From: an uncultured Hormoscilla sp. | GTDB lineage: Bacteria > Cyanobacteriota > Cyanobacteriia > Cyanobacteriales > Desertifilaceae | Assembly: GCA_963921275.4 (NCBI GenBank) | Contig: OZ001293.3 | Span: 1,184,001 to 1,248,000 of the forward strand | Length of the DNA: 64,000 bases | Direction: 5' to 3' | Shown here: positions 1 through 10,667 of the stretch, in pieces | How the letters are laid out: each line of letters opens with the position of its first letter | Numbering within the stretch: position 1 is the stretch's first letter | Notes under the pieces: generated by a model | Seen by the model: the letters and a program-made list of their open reading frames with translations, nothing else | What the model was told of the DNA's origin: nothing | Database searches by the model: none | Program-made: the position numbers and the translations under genes

Positions 1-675
1 GTTATCTGTCACAATCATCCCCCCACCACCAGTGATGAGGATTTTATTGCCGTTAAAGCTGAAACAGGCGATATCCCCTAGATGCCCCACCATACGCCCC
101 TGATATTTTGCTCCCAAGCTTTCCGTGGCATCTTCAATGACGACAAGGTTGTATTTACGGGCCACGTCCAATATTGGCTCCATATCAACTGGGTGTCCCA
201 AAATGTGAACGGGCATGATAGCTTTCACGCGGCGACCAGTATGCTTATTGCGTACTTCTCCGTCTTGAAAATTGCATTCTCGTTCTAGAAAGTCCGCGAC
301 ATTCTGAGGAGACATTTGCCAATACTCTGGCTCGGCATCAATAAATAGAGGCCAAGCGCCTGCATAGCGGATGGCATTCGCTGGGGCAATGAATGTTAGG
401 GTCGAGACGAGAACTTCATCGTCAGGCTCGATACCAGCTACTAATAATGCTACGTGTAAGGCTGATGTGCCATTGACTGTTGCAACAGCATGATTCGTCC
501 CCACATAGTCCGCCACCATTTCCTCGAAGCGGTTTACATAAGCCCCAACGGAGGAAACCCAGTTGGTATCGAGGCACTCCTTGATATATTTCCACTCGTT
601 GCCTCTAATTTCGGGAACGCACAGGGGAATAAAGCCTTCAGCAGAAGGAACTCCTGGTTCAAAGGGCGTAGACAT
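1..675 (-). CDS. DegT/DnrJ/EryC1/StrS (LegC-like) sugar aminotransferase, runs off the window start
   Basis: Own translation from ATG 675: MSTPFEPGVPSAEGFIPLCVPEIRGNEWKYIKECLDTNWVSSVG...NGTSALH...HILGHP...IEDATESLG...FSFNGNK (PLP lysine motif). Absent from the ORF track because it has no stop in the window. Confidence 0.9.
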   Translation of the reverse strand, partial: MSTPFEPGVPSAEGFIPLCVPEIRGNEWKYIKECLDTNWVSSVGAYVNRFEEMVADYVGTNHAVATVNGTSALHVALLVAGIEPDDEVLVSTLTFIAPANAIRYAGAWPLFIDAEPEYWQMSPQNVADFLERECNFQDGEVRNKHTGRRVKAIMPVHILGHPVDMEPILDVARKYNLVVIEDATESLGAKYQGRMVGHLGDIACFSFNGNKILITGGGGMIVTDN

Positions 676-1640
676 CTGGTCGATACCTCTCAATATGCTC
701 TTCTAGCCATGTAATGGTCAATTTCAGCCCTTCTTCTAGGCTCTGGCTCCCAACCTAGCAAATCTCGGGCTAAAGTATTGCTAGCGAGAAGGCGATCGAC
801 TTCACTCCCCTCGGGTCGCAAGCGTTGCTCGTCCGTTTCTATGACAATCGAATGCCCCGTCAAGTCAGCAATTAACTGGGCCAGATCGCCAATACTAATT
901 TCCTGTCCCGATCCCAAATTAACCGTTCGACCCATAGCTTCGGGTGTAGCTGCAGCCATGATAAAACCATTAACCGTATTGGCAACATAGTTAAAATCTC
1001 GGGTCGGTTGCAAATTTCCCAACCTAATTTTTGCATTTCCTTTGAGGCATTGCGTAATAATCGTGGGAATCACGGCGCGAGTTGATTGGCGCGGTCCAAA
1101 TGTGTTGAAAGGTCGCACCGTGACTACTGGTAAGCCGAAGGAAAGATGAAATGCCTCCACTAGCTTATCCGCGCCAATTTTGCTAGCAGAATAGGGGGAC
1201 TGCCCTTGCAAAGGGTGAGCTTCATCTATAGGCACATAGCGGGCTGTCCCATAAACCTCACTGGTGGAGGTATGGACCACTCGTTCAATGTCCAGTTCTC
1301 GCGCCGTCTGTAACACATTTAACGTACCTTCTATATTTGTCCGTACATAAGACTCTGGTGCGCGATATGAATAGGGTATTGCAATTAATGCGGCTAAATG
1401 AAACACGATTTCCGTGCCTTGCATCGCTTGACATACGCTGTCGCGATCGCACACATCTCCCGCGATCGCTTCTATTTCGTGACGAACTGGCGATTTATCT
1501 AACCATCCCCAAGTGCCCAGGGCATTATAATGAACCAAACCTTTAAAATTGGCTCCTAATTCTACCAATTTCTCTGTTAGGTGGCTGCCAATAAACCCAC
1601 CCGAACCGGTGACTAATACGCGCTTTCCTTGCCAATTCAA
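659..1640 (-). pseudogene. NAD-dependent sugar 4,6-dehydratase (LegB-like), frameshifted near the 3' end
   Basis: GSGGFIG and YSASK motifs. After LLGWEPE the family-like tail SLEEGLKLTITWLEEHIERYRPDVYAL* is in another frame (shift near 740, stop 659-661). Likely TTG start at 1640 after AAGGAG. Confidence 0.8.
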
Positions 1641-1653
1641 AATGCACTCCTTT

Positions 1654-2724
1654 TTACTTACTTTGAAAATCTTTTTGTGCTTGTTTATAATCATCAGATT
1701 TGCCAATGTCTAGCCAATACTCAATCATCGGAAAATTGGCAATCCGAAGGCTACTATCTAGCAATGTTTGCATCAGGTCTGTCATATCAAACCGCTGCCC
1801 CACTGGGATATAAGGCAGTACCGAAGGCTCCAACATATAGATGCCTGCATTGATGAGGAAGTTGACGCGGGGTTTTTCGCTGAGTTGCTTCAGATAAGGT
1901 CCTTCTGATTCCATGACGCCATAGGGAACTTGGTATTCGTATTGGCGAACTGCGACCGTTAATGCCGCCTTATAGGCACGGTGAAAAAACCACATGCCTT
2001 GGAAATCAAGTTTCGTCAAAATATCCCCATTGATTACCAATAAGGGCCAGTCTGGGTTTTCCAGCAAGCCCAATGCCCCAGCAGTACCCAAGGGAGTATC
2101 TTCGGAAACATAGGTGATGTCGATCCCAAAAGAACTACCATTGCCAAAATGATTAATAATTTTCTCTGGCAAGTAATGGAGTGTGACGTAGAATTGCTTA
2201 ATTCCCACATCCCTTAACTGCTCGATAATTAACTCCATAATTGGGCGATCGCCGATTGGGAGCAGAGGTTTAGGCAAATCATTGGTCAAAGGACGCAAGC
2301 GGCTTCCAAACCCACCCGCCATAATCACCGCTGACAAGGGCAGTTCATCGGAGGAGATCCTATCATCTCGGGATATCAAGTTGACTACACGATCTTCTTC
2401 ATCCACCAAGGGCAGGTGATTGACAGAAACATTTCCCTTGCCGTTCATCAGATGCATAGCTTCCGAATAAGATATTTGTTGTGAGGCCGTCATCGGATTA
2501 AGGTCAGCAATTTTCAGGCACGGTTCGTTGAAAGACACCCCCCTCAACATCGCTCGTCGAATATCACCGCAGGACAGGGTGCCGACAAGTTGACGGTCAT
2601 TTTCGCACAGGAGCAACAGGCTCGTCTCGGCACAGTCTAATATTGGAATGGCCTCTGATATGGGGGTTTGGGGCGAGATTATGATTTGCAGTAGGGAAGA
2701 CTCAATCGAACCCATCATGCTCAT
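1654..2724 (-). CDS. CBS-domain sugar-phosphate nucleotidyltransferase
   Basis: N-terminal CBS pair, then MAGGFGSRLRPLT...PKPLL, LGTAG, NGDIL, WLDIG. Confidence 0.9.
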   Translation of the reverse strand: MSMMGSIESSLLQIIISPQTPISEAIPILDCAETSLLLLCENDRQLVGTLSCGDIRRAMLRGVSFNEPCLKIADLNPMTASQQISYSEAMHLMNGKGNVSVNHLPLVDEEDRVVNLISRDDRISSDELPLSAVIMAGGFGSRLRPLTNDLPKPLLPIGDRPIMELIIEQLRDVGIKQFYVTLHYLPEKIINHFGNGSSFGIDITYVSEDTPLGTAGALGLLENPDWPLLVINGDILTKLDFQGMWFFHRAYKAALTVAVRQYEYQVPYGVMESEGPYLKQLSEKPRVNFLINAGIYMLEPSVLPYIPVGQRFDMTDLMQTLLDSSLRIANFPMIEYWLDIGKSDDYKQAQKDFQSK

Positions 2725-3367
2725 TCCTCCTCAATAATCTAGCTGGATTCCCTATCAATATTTGACCGTCTGGCACATCCTTAACCACAACTGCACCCGC
2801 ACCGATCGCAGAACCCTTTCCTACTTTAATTAATTGACGGATCGCGGCACCGATACCAATATGAGTATTATCGCTAACATGTACAGCACCAGCCAGTCTA
2901 GCACCTGTAGTGATATGAACGTGGTTTCCGATAACGCAATCGTGTTCGACGATCGCCCCACTATTTACAATGACGTTCTCGCCCACGATCGCGCCCGCGT
3001 TAATTATTGCACCAGCCATAACAGTTGCCCCTTCTCCTAAAACTGCTGAAGGTGAAATAATAGCACTAGGATGAACGGCTGTCACGGGTTTCATACCCAG
3101 GCTGCGGGCAAACTCATACAGCCGTCGGCGTGGGACAATATTGGATGTACTCCCCAATCCAACAAAAAAATACTCAACCCCTTGGGCTTTAATCGAAGGG
3201 AGCCGATCGTCATCGCCCAAGATCGGCACGCCAAGTAAGGACTTACCCTGTAATTCTGGGTTTGGATCGAGCAGACCCACCAACTTGTACTGACTAGATT
3301 GTTGAAGAATCTCGATCGCCACTTTGGCGTGCCCTCCTGCGCCCAAGCCAATGACTTCTGGAGACAT
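2702..3367 (-). CDS. NeuD/PglB-family sugar acetyltransferase
   Basis: GAGGHAK, hexapeptide repeats, VEHDC, GAGAVV...GNPAR; probable ATG at 3367. Confidence 0.88.
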   Translation of the reverse strand: MSPEVIGLGAGGHAKVAIEILQQSSQYKLVGLLDPNPELQGKSLLGVPILGDDDRLPSIKAQGVEYFFVGLGSTSNIVPRRRLYEFARSLGMKPVTAVHPSAIISPSAVLGEGATVMAGAIINAGAIVGENVIVNSGAIVEHDCVIGNHVHITTGARLAGAVHVSDNTHIGIGAAIRQLIKVGKGSAIGAGAVVVKDVPDGQILIGNPARLLRRNEHDGFD

Positions 3368-4037
3368 TAATCCACCTCCCGAATTAGCATAAATGCCTCT
3401 GCATAGTCCACCCCAATGCTTGCCCCACGATAGCGAGCCAACGCCCGAATTGCCGACGGTCCGCGAGGCCAAGGATCTGAGTGAGTCTCGCTCTCATATA
3501 ACCCCATAATTTCGACCTTTTGCTCGATGTAGGGCGTAATGTCGCGGTAAACATTGGGAACAAACGCGCGATCGGGCTGCGGTGGGGCTGCTTCAGTCGA
3601 AGAAAGGGTTTCATAAGAAAGGACGCGCCGCACCCCCCATTTACGCATATAAAATGTCTTCAGCACGGACATCGTAGCCTTGAAAACGACGGCATGATCG
3701 GAATTCACATCACCACCATGAACCAGATAAACTACTTCTGGCTTAACCTCTTGGATGACATCCCGAATGCGGCCAATCAGATCGGCCAGTGGAATTGTGT
3801 CAAGACGAATGGTTGGGAATCCCAACTTAAAAAACTGCTGCATTTTATAGGCCATCGAGGCGATCGCATTACTTCAGCGGCCTTAACCTGAATCGTCTCC
3901 GCCGACCACTGCGGCTCGTATGTCTCCGTCACCACCAGCCAGAACAAGCTGTCCTCTTCTGCGACATGTCCCAGCAACGTCCCCCCACAACCGAGGGTCT
4001 CGTCGTCAGGGTGAGGAGAAATCGCGAGTACTTTCAT
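3367..4037 (-). pseudogene. PIG-L family deacetylase, frameshifted
   Basis: MKVLAISPHPDDETLGCGG in one frame and HGGDVNSDH...ALARYRG...AEAF in another; shift near the HIP1 site at about 3860. Confidence 0.82.
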
Positions 4038-4825
4038 GCAGGTCCTCCTATACCAGACCATTTGTCAATCGTCCAAGATAGTTGACCCCCATCAATAATG
4101 ATTGACTGACCGATGAGAAATGATGCCTCATCAGAGGCGAGAAAAGCAAACAAATTCGCCACCTCCTCAGGATTTCCAGAACGACCGAGTGGTATCTTAT
4201 TGGGATATTCCCGCACAAAGGTATCGCCTGCACCTGATTGTTTTGTGAGATCCGTGATAATAAAACCGGGCGAAACGCAATTAACTCTGATATTATAGGG
4301 TGCTAACTCAGCGGCCATCGTCTTGGTAAGCAAAACAACCCCCGCTTTAGAAGCATTGTACGCCGCCGATTCTCTCTCTGCCACATGACCATTGGTCGAT
4401 CCCATATTAATAATCGCGCCTCCTTTGCCTTGTGCCATCAACACCCGCGCCACCTGCTGTCCCAACAAAAAAGTCCCCTTCAGATTCACTGCCATCACTC
4501 TATCCCAAGCCGACTCAGAGTGTTCGAGAAAGGGCTCGATCGCCACTATACCAGCATTGTTGACTAGCACATCGATCTCACCAAAGTATTCCGCTGCCTG
4601 CTTGACCAGGGCCTCACAAAACGCGCGATCGGAAACATCACCGGTCATCCCATAAACCTCACCACCCCACTGACTCAACTCTGCAGCCGCCACCACAATC
4701 CGCTCTGGTACAAGATCGCAAATCAGGAGCTTCGCGCCCTCTTGCAAAAACTTCTGGGCAATTGCCTTACCTATACCACGTCCCGCCCCAGTGACGATCG
4801 CACTTTTTTCTTTTAATCGCAACAT
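4034..4825 (-). CDS. Short-chain dehydrogenase/reductase (FabG-like)
   Basis: TGAGRGIG, NNAG, YNASK, IRVNCVSPG. Confidence 0.9.
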   Translation of the reverse strand: MLRLKEKSAIVTGAGRGIGKAIAQKFLQEGAKLLICDLVPERIVVAAAELSQWGGEVYGMTGDVSDRAFCEALVKQAAEYFGEIDVLVNNAGIVAIEPFLEHSESAWDRVMAVNLKGTFLLGQQVARVLMAQGKGGAIINMGSTNGHVAERESAAYNASKAGVVLLTKTMAAELAPYNIRVNCVSPGFIITDLTKQSGAGDTFVREYPNKIPLGRSGNPEEVANLFAFLASDEASFLIGQSIIIDGGQLSWTIDKWSGIGGPA

Positions 4826-4827
4826 GA

Positions 4828-5678
4828 ATTAGGGGTCGAACTGGGGGTCACCCCCCAACCCTCCCATTCGGAACCGGACATGCGACTTTCACCGCATCCG
4901 GCTACTGGGAAGTAGGGCCTTGTCATTGCTAGGATTACTGGGGATTACTCCCGTTGTCCCTCATCTCGTGTGATTTCTCCCCTTTCCTGGTTGGTAAGTG
5001 GCGCTGCCAGATAACCTTTAGTATTACCATTTTCAAGTCTGTTTTACCAGTCATCCCACCTCAGCTACGCGAGGTATTGGGGCTTGTTAGAGATACTTTT
5101 GCCCAAGATTTCCTACTTTCACCAACCCGCGTCTGCATGTTGAGGCATCCTTACCTATTCCTCAACGTATCCATAGGCATTACCCTAGGCATTAGCTTCT
5201 CGGGCTATCTCTCCCCCCGTGGCTTACGCTTTACATCTAACTAGTCCAAATGAGGACAGCACACGAGAGGTTACTTCGTTCCCTGGTATCATTTCGCGAT
5301 GCTTTTAGGTTCCTGCTTTCCTCCGGGAGTTCTTTGAGCACGATGCTGGCAAGCAGATACTACCAGCACTAACTACCATTTCCCTTTTGGGCCAGCGTAT
5401 AAGCCTTATTCCGCTGGTTCGGTGTAACGAAGTTTACACAGGTTTGCCTGCTCTAACCTTGAGCATCTTTCCTAGCGGCGTCACTGGCTTAGGCTGCCAG
5501 CTATCCTACATTTAAGTCCTTGCTTCGCACCACAGCGATGTGACTCTATAGCACTAAGGACCGGTGTTACCCCCGTACCTGGGGAGAGGGAATTTAACCC
5601 CCATGAATACCAGAGTTACCAGTTTGGACCTGGCCTAGTGTTCCGTATTTGACTACGTTAGACTAGAACGAATCGCAC
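4828..5678 (-). mobile_element. ORF-less group II intron, about 851 nt
   Basis: 5' GTGCGATTCGTT at 5678; domain V AGCCGGATGCGGTGAAAGTCGCATGTCCGGTTC; domain VI hairpin ending CGACCCCTAAT; no RT ORF inside; co-linear with 32686-33601. The 3' boundary is uncertain by 1 nt. Confidence 0.9.
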
Positions 5679-5834
5679 AACTACCACTCCGTTAAGCTGT
5701 GAGGCATTTAGATTGCATAGTCCAAAATGGCCATGATGCCTGAAACACATATGGTGATGGACCTCCACGATTTTGCCTATATCCCAATATGTAGTTTAGA
5801 TGCGCGGTGGTCTGTGTCGGTCGCTTCACCCCAT

Positions 5835-8048
5835 TCACCCTTTAACTATGGCGCCAAAATCTGCTAACACGCGAGCATGATTTCGCAGTAACCCCAGCAA
5901 ATTCAGGCGGTTGCGCCGAATTTCCGGGTTCTTATCCATCACTAAAACGCTGTCTTCGCCGTCTAAGAAACGACTTACGAAGGGCGTTATTTCACTCAAG
6001 GCATCCACTAATTGCTGATAATTTCGCGTCGATGTCTCTCGGGTAGTGCGACTAGCGCTCCCGAGAGATATCGACGCTTGCGATGCCTGGGTTTTGGGCA
6101 GTAACTCTACTATGGCATTAAGGAATGCTTGTTCTGAAGATTTCTCAAACAGTTCGGGATTGACAAACCCTTTCGGTTCCAACTGGACTGTATCTAAATC
6201 CCCTTGGGCAGCTAAACGGGTGGAACGGTTCACGGTTTCGTAAATTGCATCTAATTGGCCGTTATTGCGGATTGCTTGCAGGAATAAGGCCCGATCGCGC
6301 AGGTCGAGCAAATCCTGCAATGCCCGATCGGCATATTCTGGGTCATTTTCCCCCAGCACAGCATTGACTAGATCGTAATCTATGCCCCGTTCCTCTTGCA
6401 ACTGGGTGCGGAGGCGTTGCAGGAAAAATTCTTGCAATGAGGCAATTAATTCTGATTTCGATGTGCGAGGCGTAGTGCGAGTAGCGCTCGCCGAGTACAT
6501 CGAATGGGCTATTTCTGTCAGCAGTTGCTGTAGGTTAATCCCTAAATTCCCTGCCCAAGTAATGTTCACGATCGCATTAGCGGCCCGCCGCAGGGCGAAG
6601 GGGTCTGACGAACCCGTGGGCACCATGCCCAAGCTGAAGATACTTACCAAGGTATCTAGTCTATCTGCTAACCCGACCACTTGACCCGCGATCGTCTGGG
6701 GCAATTTATCTCCTTTGCCTCGAAGGGGCAAGTAATGTTCAAAAATCGCCGTCGCGACTGCTTCTGGTTCCTGACTGGCGCGAGCATATTGCCTTCCCAT
6801 CACCCCTTGCAATTCGGGAAACTCGTACACCATCTGGGTTACCAAGTCCGCTTTACAGAGTAATGCTGCCCTTGCGATCGTACTGGTTTCTGCTGCCGAC
6901 AGTTGCAACTGTTGGGCAATTTTCAGGGCAATCTTACTCAGGCGCGAGACCTTTAACCGTACCGACTCCAAATCTTCCTGAAAGGTAACTTTTTCCAGTT
7001 GAGGCAAATAGCTTTCCAGGGGTTGGGCCAGATCTGCTTTATAGAAGAACTGGGCATCTGCTAATCTGGCGCGGATGACCCGTTCGTTCCCAGCGGCGAT
7101 AATATCTGATGAGGCTGGGTCTCCATTACTAACGGTGATAAAATAGGGGAGGAGTTCCCCAGTTCCCTGGTTTTTCAACACCGGAAAATACCGTTGGTGC
7201 TTCACCATGACCGTGGTGCTGACTTCGGCAGGCAACTGCAAAAACTCCGGGTCAAATTTCCCTACTACTGCGGTTGGGTATTCGACCAAGTTAGTGACTT
7301 CCTGCAATAATGCGGGGGATATTTCGGCATAACCATTCACTTTTTGGGCCGCCGCTTCCACGTCCTGTTTGATTTTAGCCTGACGCTGGGTCGGGTCAAC
7401 TTCTATATAGGCAGCACCCAGGCATTCGACATAATCACCTGCCTGGGGAATGGTCACGGGTTCGGGATGCAATACCCGATGACCCCTAGAGAGGCGATCG
7501 CTCTTCACGGTTTCGCTGCCATTTTCCCACATCAGGGGCAGCACCCGGTCGTCCAACAAAGTCACCAACCAGCGGATGGGGCGAGGAAAGCGCAAATCTC
7601 CATCGGCCCAGCGCATGAACCGCCTCCCCTCCAAGGCAAAAATCCATTGAGGGACCAGTTCCGTGAGAATTTCGGCAGCAGGGCGTCCTGCCTTTTGCTT
7701 GCGCAGGAAGATAAAATCCCCCTTATCCGTAGGCCGCACTTCCAGGGCCTCTACTGCTACTCCCTGCTTGCGGGCGAACCCTTCTGCTGCTTTCGTGGGT
7801 TTGCCATCCTTGAACGCCGCTTTGGCAGGCGGACCTTTCACCTCTTCTTCCCGGTCCGGTTGCTGGGCAGGCAAATCCTTCAGGAGTAAGGCCAGGCGGC
7901 GGGGTGTGGCGTAAAGTTCCAGGGTCTCTGGGGTTAGGAGTTGGTCCCCTAGGGACTGGGGGAGGCGGTCCCGCCACTGAAGCAAAGCATTATCCAGAAA
8001 ATCTGCTGGTAATTCTTCTGTACCGACTTCTAATAGGAATGTAGGCAT
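5835..8048 (-). CDS. glyS: Glycine--tRNA ligase beta subunit
   Basis: [57 protein letters not shown]. Confidence 0.97.
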   Translation of the reverse strand: MPTFLLEVGTEELPADFLDNALLQWRDRLPQSLGDQLLTPETLELYATPRRLALLLKDLPAQQPDREEEVKGPPAKAAFKDGKPTKAAEGFARKQGVAVEALEVRPTDKGDFIFLRKQKAGRPAAEILTELVPQWIFALEGRRFMRWADGDLRFPRPIRWLVTLLDDRVLPLMWENGSETVKSDRLSRGHRVLHPEPVTIPQAGDYVECLGAAYIEVDPTQRQAKIKQDVEAAAQKVNGYAEISPALLQEVTNLVEYPTAVVGKFDPEFLQLPAEVSTTVMVKHQRYFPVLKNQGTGELLPYFITVSNGDPASSDIIAAGNERVIRARLADAQFFYKADLAQPLESYLPQLEKVTFQEDLESVRLKVSRLSKIALKIAQQLQLSAAETSTIARAALLCKADLVTQMVYEFPELQGVMGRQYARASQEPEAVATAIFEHYLPLRGKGDKLPQTIAGQVVGLADRLDTLVSIFSLGMVPTGSSDPFALRRAANAIVNITWAGNLGINLQQLLTEIAHSMYSASATRTTPRTSKSELIASLQEFFLQRLRTQLQEERGIDYDLVNAVLGENDPEYADRALQDLLDLRDRALFLQAIRNNGQLDAIYETVNRSTRLAAQGDLDTVQLEPKGFVNPELFEKSSEQAFLNAIVELLPKTQASQASISLGSASRTTRETSTRNYQQLVDALSEITPFVSRFLDGEDSVLVMDKNPEIRRNRLNLLGLLRNHARVLADFGAIVKG
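6028..6075. repeat. 48-bp hairpin element inserted in frame in glyS
   Basis: GTCGATGTCTCTCGGG-TAGTGCGACTAGCGCT-CCCGAGAGATATCGAC; same core at 6457, 17715-17805, 21639, 21713, 58791. Confidence 0.75.
6457..6504. repeat. Second 48-bp hairpin element in frame in glyS
   Basis: TTCGATGTGCGAGGCG-TAGTGCGAGTAGCGCT-CGCCGAGTACATCGAA. Confidence 0.7.
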
Positions 8049-8179
8049 GAGACTGGAGTTAAGGGGCTAGTTTCCATAGTTTACAGTCCGATGGACACCG
8101 ACTGGATGATTATATCAAGTTTGGTTAAATGCTAGCAAGACGTAGGGTGGGCACCGCCCACCATTGACTTCTCCCACTA

Positions 8180-8340
8180 TTCCTTGCGATCGCAGTCTGG
8201 CAAGAAAAGGAGACTCCCCTGCGCAGAGGCGCGATCGTTCTGCTTACTCCTCTCGCCGCTCTATATCCGCGTCGAGCTGCTGCTTATTATCCCAGTAATA
8301 AGCCAAGGCTGAGTAGATCTGACTCATATGGATGCTGGAA
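8180..8340 (-). pseudogene. DUF433-like antitoxin C-terminal remnant
   Basis: Translates as HMSQIYSALAYYWDNKQQLDADIERREE*; no start. Confidence 0.5.
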
Positions 8341-8450
8341 TTGCCTTTCTTCTGGACTCCAACCCTATGCTATCTGACCAGTGACTAATTCTATTACTTA
8401 TCGGAAGAGTTAGGTTCGTATCGGAGCGCTTTGCGCGCTTATTTCTCCGA

Positions 8451-9129
8451 TTAATCAAAAGCGGGTAATTGCCACAGCTGGGGTTGAAACTCTCTCAAGG
8501 AATTAAGCACCTGGTGAGCATTATGATACAATTGTTTATCTATGCTAGCGTCAGGGACAGCGACAACCGACATCCCAGCCCCGATCGCCGCTTTCAGGCC
8601 GGTTAAAGCATCTTCAAACACCAGACATTCTGCGGGGTCTGCATCCAGGCGTTGGGCGGTAATTAAGAAAATATCCGGTGCTGGTTTGCCGAGCGCGATC
8701 GCGGAGTCATTACCTTTAACAATGCAGTCAAACAGGGCTAACCATTCAGTATGATTGCTCGTTTTCAGTTCAAAGGAAAGACCAGCAGAACTGGTTGCCA
8801 CGGCCTGCCGAATGCGATGCTGATGCAGATGTTGGGTCAGGCGCACCGCACCTGGAAGGGGTTTGGCATCGGGTAACAAATCACGAAGCAATGGTTCTCG
8901 TTCTCGGAGAAAACTTTCCGGAGTCAGGGGCAAGTCTAGCATTTCAATTATAGTCCGGGCTGAGTCTAGGGCGTTTCTGCCAGATATCTGAGATTTTACC
9001 GACTCGGACAAGGTCTTGCCGTAGGGACGGGCGATCGCCTGGTAGACTCGATCGTAAATCGGTTCCGTGTCTAGCAGCAGACCATCTAGATCGTAAATGA
9101 CGTGAGTAATTTTTTTGAAGTCAGGCATG
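8451..9129 (-). CDS. HAD-IA family hydrolase
   Basis: YDLDGLLLDTE, VATSS, GKPAPDIFL, VFEDA; likely ATG at 9129. Confidence 0.9.
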
Positions 9130-9334
9130 GGCAGATGACTCCACAATCCGCTCTGGTACAAGAATGCGCTGCGCGATGTGGGCGCGCTGCGCGTCTGGGC
9201 GCCCAGCGCATCGCCAATCTTCTCTGCCAGCAAGTATTATACTCCCCACAGGCCAGAGGTTGGGTTTCAGAGGTCAACCCAACCGACAATATAGGCGAAT
9301 GCAGGAGGGGGCCCTGTGAAAAAAGCCGGAGGCA

Positions 9335-10575
9335 CTAAGCGAAGATCAAGTCCCTGGGGTCGAGGAACATCTGGTTACCAGTCAAGTTGTCGCCAGAGAT
9401 TAATATGTCATGCTGGTTACTATCCCAAGTATTCCCTGTCTGTGCTGGGATAGTCACGTTCCCATTGCCGATGTCTATCCCGCTTGAGGTAATGCTACTC
9501 CCTGCTTGCGGGCGAACCCTTCTGCTGCTTTCGTGGGTTTGCCATCCTTGAACGCCGCAGTGACGATAGTAGGATGAACAATCTTCTGGTTCTCCAGGTT
9601 TTCCTGATATATGACATTGCCATTCCCTTCTCCCACAAAAATATCTAGATCCCCGTCTCGATCAATATCGACAAGGGTGGGGCTGCTAAAGGACTCTACA
9701 TTTGCGACTCCAAAGGGGTTCGCTTCGGGTGTCCCGAAAGTAAGATCCTTAGCAGTACCCTGGTTTTCCTGATACATGACATTGCCATTATTTTCTCCCA
9801 CAAAAATATCTAGATCCCCGTCTCGATCAATATCGGCAAAGGTGGGGATGCTAAGCCTCCCTACATTTGTGATTCCAAAGGGGTTCGTTTGGGGTGTCCC
9901 GAAGGTGGGATTCTTAACGGTACCCTGGTTTTCCTGATATATGACATTGCCATAAACTTCTCCCACAAAAATATCTAGATCCCCGTCTCCATCAATATCG
10001 GCAAAGACAGGGATGCTATTGATCGATACCTTTGTGATTCCAAAGGGGTTCGTTTGGGGTGTCCCGAAGGCGGGATAAAGAGCGGTACCCTGGTTTTCCT
10101 GATATATGACATCGCCATTATTTTCTCCCACAAAAAGATCTAGATCCCCGTCTCCATCAATATCTACAAGGGTGGGGGTGCTAGCGAACCCTCCATTTGT
10201 GAGTCCAAAGGGGTTCGTTTGGGGTGTCCCGAAGGCGCGATAAAGAGCGGTACCCTGGTTTTCCTGATATATGACATCGCCACTATCTTTTCCCACAAAA
10301 AGATCTAGATCCCCGTCTCCATCAATATCGGCAAAGGCAGGCATGCTATAGTGCCCTCCTACAGAGGTGAGTCCAAAAAGGTTCGTTTGGGGTGCCCCGA
10401 AGGTGGGATAAAGAGCGGTACCCTGGTTTTCCTGATATATGACATTGCCATAATAGTCTCCATAAAAAATATCTAAATCCCCGTCTTGATCAATATCGAC
10501 AAGGGTGGGGCTGCCATAGTCCCCTATATCTGTGAGTCCAAAGGGGTTCCTTTGGGGTGTTCCGAAGGTTAACAT
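9335..10575 (-). pseudogene. FG-GAP/VCBS-like repeat protein, copy A (C-terminus disrupted by a glyS-derived insert)
   Basis: About six 56-aa repeats with DIDxDGDLDIFVG...GNVIYQENQG; 9493-9558 equals glyS 7755-7820 and shifts the frame; the original tail and TAG lie at about 9335-9490. Confidence 0.8.
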
Positions 10576-10667
10576 TGTCTTTTTCCTTTTTCAATTCGAT
10601 TTGGATTATTTGATTACGCTACGCGAATGCGCTGCTCGTCCCGTAAGGGATACGCCAATCTTCCCTG

